Positions 48,701 to 64,000 of a stretch of DNA of 64,000 nt are shown here, piece after piece. How positions within the stretch are numbered: the stretch's first letter is position 1; each line of letters opens with the position of its first letter. Source of the stretch: Euglena gracilis (taxonomy: Eukaryota); contig CP154954.1 in NCBI GenBank assembly GCA_039621445.1, positions 41,347,572 to 41,411,571 of the forward strand, given 5' to 3'. The notes beneath the pieces were generated by a model. That model was not told where the DNA came from and searched no databases. It saw nothing but the letters and a program-made list of their open reading frames with translations. A program made the translations under genes and the position numbers.

Positions 48701-51700
48701 TTTGACGGTTTTGAAAAGTCAATGGGAAAAAAACTTCAAAAAATCGTTTTCGCTCAAAAACAGTTTTTCATCCCAAAAAAAAAAAAAAATTTTCGTTTTC
48801 AAAAATAAAAATTTTTTTTTCTCGACCAAAGTCAATGGGTCCCAAAACGCTGCCCAAAAAAACGTTTTCCTCAAAAAAATCCCTCAAAAAAAAATTTCGA
48901 TTTTTTCGACTTTTGACCTCCCAAAATCGAAAAATTGGTTTGGTCCAAAAATTTCGGCCCAAAAAAAAACGCTCAAAAAAAAAACAGTTTCCTCCGGGCC
49001 CCAAAAAATCGTTTCGGGCAAAAAATTTTTTTTTTTTTTTGACCCGACCCAAAAATCGGCGGCCCAAAACGGGGCTGGTGGGTCAAAAAATTCTTTTCGG
49101 CTCAAAAACAGGGTCCGGGAGGCCAAAAACGCTCCAAAAAAAAATTTTCGACTTTTTTCCCGGTTTGACCTCTTCCCCTTCGGGCCCGTCAAAAAAAAAC
49201 CTTTTGACCAAAACTCAAAAACTTTTCGACCCCAAAAACGCTCCCAAAACTTCGGCAAAACTCGTTTTCGGCTCCCAGTTTTTCCTCCCCAACATCGTTT
49301 CAAAAAACTTTTTTTGATTTTTCGACTTTTTGACCCGGTTTTGACCCAAAGTCAATGGGTCGGCGGCCCAAAACGGGGCGCTGGCGGGTCGAAAAACGCT
49401 CGTTTTCGGCTCAAAAACAGTTTTTCCGGGTCCGGGAGGCCAAAAAACATCGTTTCGGGCAAAAAAATTTTTTTTTGATTTTTTTCGACTTTTTTGACCC
49501 GGTTTTGACCCAAAGTCAATGGGTCGGCGGCCCAAAACGGGGCACTTGGCGGGTCGAAAAACGCTCGTTTTCGGCTCAAAAACAGTTTTCCGGGTCCGGG
49601 AGGCCAAACAAAAAACATCGTTTCGGGCAAAAAAAATTTTTTTGATTTTTTTCGACTTTTTTGACCCGGTTTTGACCCAAAGTCAATGGGTCGGCGGCCC
49701 AAAACGGGGCGCTGGCGGGTAAAAAACGCTCATTTTCGGCTCAAAAACAGTTTTTCCGGGTCCGGGAGGCCAAAAAACATCGTTTCGGGCAAAAAAATTT
49801 TTTTTTGATTTTTTTCGACTTTTTTGACCCGGTTTTGACCCAAAGTCAATGGGTCGGCGGCCCAAAACGGGGCGCTGGCGGGTCGAAAAACGCTCGTTTT
49901 CGGCTCAAAAACAGTTTTTCCGGGTCCGGGAGGCCAAAAAACATCGTTTCGGGCAAAAAAATTTTTTTTGATTTTTTTCGACTTTTTTGACCCGGTTTTG
50001 ACCCAAAGTCAATGGGTCGGCGGCCCAAAACGGGGCGCGCTGGCGGGTCGAAAAACGCTCGTTTTCGGCTCAAAAACAGTTTTTCCGGGTCCGGGAGGCC
50101 AAAAAACATCGTTTCGGGCAAAAAAATTTTTTTGATTTTTTTCGACTTTTTGACCCGGTTTTGACCCAAAGTCAATGGGTCGGCGGCCCAAAACGGGGCG
50201 CTGGCGGGTCGAAAAACGCTCGTTTTCGGCTCAAAAACAGTTTTTCCGGGTCCGGGAGGCCAAAAAACATCGTTTCGGGAAAAAAATTTTTTTTTGATTT
50301 TTTTCGACTTTTTTGACCCGGTTTTGACCCAAAGTCAATGGGTCGGCGGCCCAAAACGGGGCGCTGGCGGGTCGAAAAACGCTCGTTTTCGGCTCAAAAA
50401 CAGTTTTTCCGGGTCCGGGAGGCCAAAAAAACTTGGTTTGGGGAAAAAAATTTTTTTGATTTTTTTCGACTTTTTTGACCCGGTTTTGACCCAAAGTCAA
50501 TGGGTCGGCGGCCCAAAACGGGGCGCTGGCGGGTCGAAAAACGCTCGTTTTCGGCTCAAAAACAGTTTTTTCCGTCTCCCGATGCCCAAAAACATCTTTT
50601 CGGGCAAAATTTTTTTTTTGATTTTTTTCGACTTTTTTTACCCGGTTTTGACCCAAAATCAATTGGTTCGCCGCCCAAAACCGGGCGCTTGCCGGTCCAA
50701 AAAACGCTCGTTTTCGGCTCAAAAACAGTTTTTCCGGGTCCGGGAAGCCAAAAAAACATCGTTTCGGGCAAAAAAATTTTTTTTTGATTTTTTTCGACTT
50801 TTTTGACCCGGTTTTGACCCAAAGTCAATGGGTCGGCGGCCCAAAACGGGGCGCTGGCGGGTCGAAAAACGCTCGTTTTCGGCTCAAAAACAGTTTTTCC
50901 GGGTCCGGGAGGCCAAAAAACATCGTTTCGGCAAAAAAAAATTTTTTTTGATTTTTTTCGACTTTTTTGACCCGGTTTTGACCCAAAGTCAATGGGTCGG
51001 CGGCCCAAAACGGGGCGCTGGCGGGTCGAAAAACGCTCGTTTTCGGCTCAAAAAACAGTTTTTCCGGGTCCGGGAGGCCAAAAAACATCGTTTCGGGCAA
51101 AAAAAATTTTTTTTGATTTTTTTCGACTTTTTTGACCCGGTTTTGACCCAAAGTCAATGGGTCGGCGGCCCAAAACGGGGCGCTGGCGGGTCGAAAAACG
51201 CTCGTTTTCGGCTCAAAAACAGTTTTTCCGGGTCCGGGAGGCCAAAAAACATCGTTTCGGGCAAAAAAAAATTTTTTGATTTTTTTCGACTTTTTGACCC
51301 GGTTTTGACCCAAAGTCAATGGGTCGGCGGCCCAAAACGGGGCGCTGGCGGGTCGAAAAACGCTCGTTTTCGGCTCAAAAACAGTTTTTCCGGGTCCGGG
51401 AGGCCAAAAAACATCGTTTCGGGCAAAAAAATTTTTTTGATTTTTTTCGACTTTTTTGACCCGGTTTTGACCCAAAGTCAATGGGTCGGCGGCCCAAAAC
51501 GGGGCGCTGGCGGGTCGAAAAACGCTCGTTTTCGGCTCAAAAACAGTTTTTCCGGGTCCGGGAGGCCAAAAAGCAATCTTTCGAGCAAAAAAAATTTTTT
51601 GAAATTTTTTCGACTTTTTTGACCCGGTTTTGACCCAAAGTCAATGGGTCGGCGGCCCAAAACGGGGCGCTGGCGGGTCGAAAAACGCTCGTTTTCGGCT

Positions 51701-54700
51701 CAAAAACAGTTTTTCCGGGTCCGGGAGGCCAAAAAACATCGTTTCGGGCAAAAAAATTTTTTTTGATTTTTTTCGACTTTTTTGACCCGGTTTTGACCCA
51801 AAGTCAATGGGTCGGCGGCCCAAAACGGGGCGCTGGCGGGTCGCGCTCTTTTTCTGCTCAAAAACAGTTTTTCCTTGTCCGGGAGGCCAAAAAATATCGT
51901 TTCGGGCAAAAAAAATTTTTTCGATTTTTTTCGACTTTTTTGACCCGGTTTTGACCCAAAGTCAATGGGTCGGCGGCCCAAAACGGGGCGCTGGCGGTCG
52001 AAAAACGCTCGTTTTCGGCTCAAAAACAGTTTTTCCGGGTCCGGGAGGCCAAAAAAACATCGTTTCGGGCAAAAAAAAATTTTTTTTGATTTTTTTCGAC
52101 TTTTTTGACCCGGTTTTGACCCAAAGTCAATGGGTCGGCGGCCCAAAACGGGGCGCTGGCGGGTCGAAAAACGCTCGTTTTCGGCTCAAAAACAGTTTTT
52201 CCGGGTCCGGGAGGCCAAAAAAACATCGTTTCGGGCAAAAATTTTTTTTTGATTTTTTCGACTTTTTTGACCCGGTTTTGACCCAAAGTCAATGGGTCGG
52301 CGGCCCAAAACGGGGCGCTGGCGGGTCGAAAAACGCTCGTTTTGGGATCAAAAACAGGTTTTCCAGGTCCGGGAGGCCAAAAACATCGTTTCGGGCAAAA
52401 AAAATTTTTTTTGATTTTTTTCGACTTTTTTGACCCGGTTTTGACCCAAAGTCAATGGGTCGGCGGCCCAAAACGGGGCGCTGGCGGGTCGAAAAACGCT
52501 CGTTTTCGGCTCAAAAACAGTTTTTCCGGGTCCGGGAGGCCAAAAAACATCGTTTCGGGCAAAAAAATTTTTTTTGATTTTTTTCGACTTTTTTGACCCG
52601 GTTTTGACCCAAAGTCAATGGGTCGGCGGCCCAAAACGGGGCGCTGGCGGGTCGAAAAACGCTCGTTTTCCGAAAAAGAACAGTTTTTCCGGGGCCGGGA
52701 GGCCCAAAAACATCGTTTTGGGCAAAAAAAAATTTTTTGATTTTTTTTCGACTTTTTTGACCCGGTTTTGACCCAAAGTCAATGGGTCGGCGGCCCAAAA
52801 CGGGGCGCTGGCGGGTCGAAAAACGCTCGTTTTCGGCTCAAAAACAGTTTTTCCGGGTCCGGGAGGCCAAAAAACATCGTTTCGGGCAAAAAAAATTTTT
52901 TTTGATTTTTTTCGACTTTTTGACCCGGTTTTGACCCAAAGTCAATGGGTCGGCGGCCCAAAACGGGGCGCTGGCGGGTCGAAAAACGCTCGTTTTCGGC
53001 TCAAAAACAGTTTTTCCGGGTCCGGGAGGCCCAAAAACATCGTTTTGGGCAAAAAAAAAATTTTTTTTGATTTTTTTCGACTTTTTTGACCCGGTTTTGA
53101 TCGAAAGTCAATGGGTCGCGGCCCAAAAGGAGGCGCTGGCAGGTCGAAAAACGCTCGTTTTCGGCTCAAAAACAGTTTTTCCGGGTCCGGGAGGCCAAAA
53201 AACATCGTTTCGGGCAAAAAAAATTTTTTTTGATTTTTTTCGACTTTTTTGACCCGGTTTTGACCCAAAGTCAATGGGTCGGCGGCCCAAAACGGGGCGC
53301 TGGCGGGTCGAAAAACGCTCGTTTTCGGCTCAAAAACAGTTTTTCCGGGTCCGGGAGGCCAAAAAACATCGTTTCGGGCAAAAGATTTTTTTCGACTTTT
53401 TGACCCGGTTTTGACCCAAAGTCAATGGGTCGGCGGCCCAAAACGGGGCGCTGGCGGGTCGAAAAACGCTCGTTTTCGGCTCAAAAACAGTTTTTCCGGG
53501 TCCGGGAGGCCAAAAAACATCGTTTCGGGCAAAAAAAAATTTTTTTGATTTTTTTCGACTTTTTTGACCCGGTTTTGACCCAAAGTCAATGGGTCGGCGG
53601 CCCAAAACGGGGCGCTGGCGGGTCGAAAAACGCTCGTTTTCGGCTCAAAAAAAACTTTTTCCGGTCCGGGGGGGCCAAAAAACATCGTTTCGGGCAAAAA
53701 AATTTTTTTTGATTTTTTTCGACTTTTTTGACCCGGTTTTGACCCAAAGTCAATGGGTCGGCGGCCCAAAACGGGGCGCTGGCGGGTCGAAAAACGCTCG
53801 TTTTCGGCTCAAAAAACAGTTTTTCCGGGTCCGGGAGGCCAAAAAACATCGTTTCGGGCAAAAAAATTTTTTTGATTTTTTTCGACTTTTTTGACCCGGT
53901 TTTGACCCAAAGTCAATGGGTCGGCGGCCCAAAACGGGGCGCTGGCGGGTCGAAAAACGCTCGTTTTCGGCTCAAAAACAGTTTTTCCGGGTCCGGGAGG
54001 CCAAAAAACATCGTTTCGGGCAAAAATTTTTTTTGATTTTTTTTGGCATTTCGACCCGGTTTTGACCCAAAGTCAATGGGTCGGCGGCCCAAAACGGGGC
54101 GCTGGCGGGTCGAAAAACGCTCGTTTTCGGCTCAAAAAACAGTTTTTCCGGGTCCGGGAGGCCAAAAAACATCGTTTCGGGCAAAAAAATTTTTTTTGAT
54201 TTTTTTCGACTTTTTCTACCCGGTTTTGACCCAAAGTCAATGGGTCGGGAAAAAAAAAAAAGGGGCGAAGGGCGTCGAAAACGGGGCGCTGGCTGGCTGG
54301 TCGAAAAAAAAAAACAACGCTCGTTTTCGGCTCAAAAAACAGTTTTTCCGGGTCCGGGAGGCCAAAAAACATCGTTTCGGGCAAAAAAAATTTTTTTGAT
54401 TTTTTTCGACTTTTTTGACCCGGTTTTGACCCAAAGTCAATGGGTCGGCGGCCCAAAACGGGGCGCTGGCGGGTCAAAAAACGCTCGTTTTCGGCTCAAA
54501 AACAGTTTTTCCGGGTCCGGGAGGCCAAAAAACATCGTTTCGGGCAAAAAAAATTTTTTTTTGATTTTTTTCGACTTTTTTGACCCGGTTTTGACCCAAA
54601 GTCAATGGGTCGGCGGCCCAAAACGGGGCGCTGGCGGGTCGAAAAACGCTCGTTTTCGGCTCAAAAACAGTTTTTCCGGGTCCGGGAGGCCAAAAAACAT

Positions 54701-56483
54701 CGTTTCGGGCAAAAAAAATTTTTTCGATTTTTTTCGACTTTTTTGACCCGGTTTTGACCCAAAGTCAATGGGTCGGCTACCCAAAACGGGGAGATCGACG
54801 GTCTAAAACCGCTCGTTTTCGGCTCAAAAACAGTTTTTCTGGGTCCGGGAGGCCAAAAAACATCGTTTCGGGCAAAAAAAATTTTTTTTTGATTTTTTTC
54901 GACTTTTTTGACCCGGTTTTGACCCAAAGTCAATGGGTCGGCGGCCCAAAACGGGGCGCTGGCGGGTCGAAAAACGCTCGTTTTCGGCTCAAACTTTTTT
55001 TTTTTTTCCTTTTTTCCGGGTCCGGGGGAGGCCAAAAAACATCGTTTCGGGCAAAAAAAAATTTTTTGATTTTTTTCGACTTTTTTGACCCGGTTTTGAC
55101 CCAAAGTCAATGGGTCGGCGGCCCAAAACGGGGCGCTGGCGGGTCGAAAAACGCTCGTTTTCGGCTCAAAAACAGTTTTTCCGGGTCCGGGAGGCCAAAA
55201 AACATCGTTTCGGGCAAAAAAATATTTTTTGATTTTTTTCGACTTTTTTGACCCGGTTTTGACCCAAAGTCAATGGGTCGGCGGCCCAAAACGGGGCGCT
55301 GGCGGGTCGAAAAACGCTCGTTTTCGGCTCAAAAACAGTTTTTCCGGGTCCGGGAGGCCAAAAAACATCGTTTCGGGCAAAAAAATTTTTTTTGATTTTT
55401 TTCGACTTTTTTGACCCGGTTTTGACCCAAAATCAATGGGTCGGCGGCCCAAAACGGGGCGCTGGCGGGTCGAAAAACGCTCGTTTTCGGCTCAAAAACA
55501 GTTTTTCCGGGTCCGGGAGGCCAAAAAACATCGTTTCGGGCAAAAAATTTTTTTTTGATTTTTTTCGACTTTTTCGACCCGGTTTTGACCCAAAATCAAT
55601 GGGTCGGCGGCCCAAAACGGGGCGCTGGCGGGTCGAAAATCGCTCGTTTTCGGCTCAAAAACAGTTTTTCCGGGTCCGGGAGGCCAAAAAACATCGTTTC
55701 GGGCAAAAAAAATTTTTTCGATTTTTTTCGACTTTTTTGGCCGAAAACGGCTAAGTCGAACAGAGGGAAAAGTGTCCAAAATGGCCTGAAATGGCCAAAT
55801 TGGCCAAAAAAACGCCTGTATCTCGGGCTGGGCGGGGAGTTGCGGGGAAACCAAAATCCCAGTAGATAGAGCGTTCCAAGGGCTTCAATTTAGGTCTCTG
55901 GACATTTCCTTTGATTTTGCACCATTTTCGAGAAATTTTGAAAACATCCATTTTTTGACCCCCCACCCCCCGAAAACGGCTAAGTCGAACAGAGGGAAAA
56001 GTGTACAAAACGGCCAGCTGCGCCGAAAACGGCCGTATCTCGGGCCAGGCGGGGAGTTGGGGGGAAATCAAAATACCGGTGGATGGGGCGTTCCAAGGGC
56101 TTCAAATTAGGTCTCCGGACATTTCCTTTGATTTGGCTTCATTTTGGAGATATTTTGAAAATTGACATTTTTTGGCAGTCCAAGGGGGGGGGGGCTCATC
56201 CAGGGGGGGCGGGTAAATCCTACCGAGTTTGGACCCCTTCGCGCGTGAATAACTCGGGCCTGGCGGGGAGTTGGGGGTCAAACCCAGGTGATTCGGAAAC
56301 TAGGAATCCAGTCGCTCGCGACTGAAAAAAAAAATTCCGGGAACCGGGCCGGGATCATGGTGATAATCCGTCGGTTCTCCTGGTGGCCCCGACCCGGGGG
56401 GGGGGGAGGGGGGGGGGCGAGGGGGGGGGATTTCGACGGTGGTAAGCTTCGCTCTTACCCATAAAGGGATAAGAGCTCAGCGA
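36780..56483 (-). mobile_element. Non-autonomous Helitron2-like element, copy 3, containing the ~19 kb satellite array
   Basis: On the minus strand A|TCGCTGAGCTCTT...AAGAGCTCAGC-ACTATTCAAAAC-CTGG; both arms (36780-36905, 55740-56483) are homologous to copy 1. Confidence 0.7.
36906..55740. repeat. Satellite array, ~163-bp monomer, roughly 115 copies
   Basis: Consensus GGCGCTGGCGGGTCGAAAAACGCTCGTTTTCGGCTCAAAAACAGTTTTTCCGGGTCCGGGAGGCCAAAAAACATCGTTTCGGGCAAAAAAATTTTTTTGATTTTTTTCGACTTTTTTGACCCGGTTTTGACCCAAAGTCAATGGGTCGGCGGCCCAAAACGG; variation is mostly in homopolymer length; copy number is length divided by 163. Confidence 0.97.
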
Positions 56484-56813
56484 TAAAGCCCCCCCCATAA
56501 CATAAAGCCCCCCCTGAGGGTCTTGAAATCCCGTCCAAATATGAAGCCGGGGGGGGGCTTTATGTTTGGGGGGTTACATATATCACACATATATACACAC
56601 CCACATAAACATGTTTTCATATATGCATATGGCCCATAAAATGCTTGAGTGAATCCATATACCGAATCCGAACCCTCTTTGAACCAGTCGGGCTCCGTGT
56701 GATTGCTCTTGCTGTCAACTTCATTGCCATTTTTCCAGACTCTTTCAGCATTATTTTGGCAGCCGCGGCGGTGGTGGGCAGCATCGTCATCGTTATCAAA
56801 ATGGGAATGTGAA

Positions 56814-57020
56814 TAACAACAGCAGCAGCAACAGCAGCAGCAGCAACAACAACAACAACAACAACAAAGACTGCCTGTTTCCGAATCTATACACATGCAT
56901 GCATCATAAAACCCGCACATCCATCCATCCATCCATCCATCCATCCATCCATCCATCCATCCATCCATCCATCCATCCATCCATCCATCCATCCATCCAT
57001 CCATCCATCCATCCATCCAT
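56814..57020. repeat. (CAG/CAA)n at 56814-56867 and (ATCC)n at 56919-57020
   Basis: Direct reading. Confidence 0.95.
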
Positions 57021-57413
57021 TGTGTTTTTGCCCTGTCATTTGAACAACTCTTTTTTTGGTTTTCTCATTTCTGCGTGAATATGCCTTGCGCGACGGTTTG
57101 GTTCTTTCGTCCTCATGTTTTGGATGAGCTCTGGCGCCCGAACAAAATCAACGGCCGTCAACACCTGGCATCGTTCACCAGGGGGGGGGAACTTGATAAC
57201 CGCATTTTTTCCATAATTTCTGCAATTCTCACATTTTTATGTTCACATGTGATCCACCCCAACGCTTCCGTTGGCTGATCCTCCGGGAGAACACTTGTGC
57301 CAGCTCTGGCAGGCGGCTCTGAATCGCCCCCCTCAGGCCCTCCTATGTTGGGCCAGGCCCCTGCACGCGCAAACATGGTGTAGCCCAGCCCCCGACCCCC
57401 GCCCCACCGGGAC

Positions 57414-62732
<5,319 letters not shown>

Positions 62733-62896
62733 GTGTGTGGCTGTCTGCCGGCCACGCCATTGCACTTTGCTTTGCGCCTCAGTGAGCCTCTCCACAACAC
62801 GGTGGGCTTTTTTTTTTTGCGTTTTTGCGTCTCAACGTAGTTTCCCCCTTTTTAGCAGCCTTCTTTTTTAAGAGCGCTGGGGGAAGGGGGGTCCAC

Positions 62897-63379
62897 CAGG
62901 GAATTTCTTAAGCCGGAGGGTACCCTACCCCCGGGGGGGGGTCCAGCCAGCCAGCAGCTCAAATCCAGCCAGCAGCCCAAATTTGGGCTGGGAGCCCCCC
63001 CCCCCGGGGGTCAAGTGAAATAAAGTCGGGTCCAGCCCAGCCAGAGGCCGGGCCAGCCGGCCGAAGGCCGGCTGGCCAATTGGGCTACCCAGCTCACCTG
63101 TCACTTCATTTTTCCCCTCATCGCAGCTTCCTCCATCACGGCCCCCCAGCCTTGACCTAGCTCCACCCATCAAAATGTCGAAAATGGCCAAAATGTGTTA
63201 GAAAATTTTGTTTTTCGTCGACCCAGCCCAGCCCAACCCCCTCCAGCCCCGGACCCCCCCCTCCCCCCCACCCCCCGGGGTGGGGGGGGGTCCAGCCAGC
63301 AGCTCAAATCCAGCCAGCAGCCTTTTTGCCAGCCGGAGGCTGGACCCCCCCCCCCGGGGGTTCCTTAAGAAATTCCCTG
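62897..63379. mobile_element. hAT-type MITE (young)
   Basis: Perfect 16-bp TIR CAGGGAATTTCTTAAG / CTTAAGAAATTCCCTG; perfect TSD GGGTCCAC. Confidence 0.93.
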
Positions 63380-63717
63380 GGGTCCACACTGGGCGGTGCT
63401 AATTGCCCAAAATTATTTTCATTTTTTTGTGTGTTTGGGTTACGCGGGCTTCCGTCTACGATACAACACCGTTTTGGGGGTGATCCTTTTGCAGGTGATG
63501 TTGACAAAATTTTAGGTCATTTTGGGTTTGGTTCAGCATTTTGACAAAAACGGTGCATTTGAAAATTTATGGCCGTTTTGGGGGGCTTTGGGAAACACCC
63601 CCCCCCCCCTGGAAAGTGGAACCCCTTGAGAATTCGAAATTCAAAAAAAAACAGCTGGAGAACACCTGGCCTCCAGACCAGACATTCATTTAGGGTGGTA
63701 CACCAAGGTTGTCATTT

Positions 63718-63841
63718 CGTGGTTCACTGTAGACACCAAAAAAAATTTTGTGATTCACCTGTGGACACCAAAAAAATTTTTGTGGTTCACCTGTGGACAC
63801 CAAGAAATATTTGTGGTTCATATGTGGACACCAAATATTTG
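63718..63841. repeat. ~30-bp tandem repeat, four copies (GTGGTTCACCTGTGGACACCAAAAAAATTTT)
   Basis: Direct reading. Confidence 0.85.
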
Positions 63842-64000
63842 GGTCAAAAAATCGATTTTTATAAAATTTCTCGAAAGTGCTGGGGAGTCAAAGGAAACCT
63901 CCGTCGACCTGAGTTGAAGCCCCTTTGAAGCTCTATCTAACGGTATTTTGATTTCCCCGCAACTCCCCGCCCAGCCCGAGTTACGGCCATTTTTTCGGCC
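63841..64000 (+). mobile_element. Inverted, diverged fragment of the Helitron2-like element arm (truncated by the window)
   Basis: Its reverse complement matches CTCGGGCTGGGCGGGGAGTTGCGGGGAAA...TAGATAGAGC...GGCTTCAA...TTTCGAGAAATTTT...TTTTTGACCC at ~55820-55962. Confidence 0.75.

Noticed and set aside
48560-49320. Degenerate patch in the satellite as an old core or higher-order boundary
   Set aside because: The scrambled, deletion-rich pattern amid near-identical units suggests a read or consensus artefact; it needs raw-read support.
36906-55740. CRISPR array
   Set aside because: Monomers are contiguous with no unique spacers, there are no cas genes, and the context is eukaryotic.
36773-55869. 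Many 60-326 aa ORFs (MGRRPIDFGSKPG..., FDFFDPVLTQSQW...)
   Set aside because: They are translations of the 163-bp satellite; frames shift with homopolymer length, and the lack of TA removes TAA/TAG stops.

Overview
Eukaryotic nuclear DNA, very probably euglenid (Euglena-like). The inference rests on short GC-rich exons separated by a mix of GT-AG introns and non-GT-AG introns with the euglenid nonconventional geometry (nnnCAG...CTGnnnnn, with base-paired ends). I reconstructed two divergent spliced genes by hand. One is a minus-strand gene (~20.2 kb to ~2.1 kb, possibly to 905) for an unknown membrane protein with ALPAP and EPEPEPLD repeats. The other is a plus-strand multi-BRCT gene (from 57414, TopBP1/Rad4-like). 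Introns and the ~37 kb between the genes are packed with nested non-autonomous elements. Many have CAG/CAT...CTG/ATG terminal inverted repeats and 8-bp target-site duplications (hAT-type), the same 3+5=8 geometry as the nonconventional intron ends. Three head-to-tail Helitron2-like elements occupy 33.7-56.5 kb, and one has grown a ~19 kb array of a ~163-bp A-tract satellite. Almost all ORFs in the supplied track are spurious. Coordinates were hand-counted, and homopolymer errors are likely.
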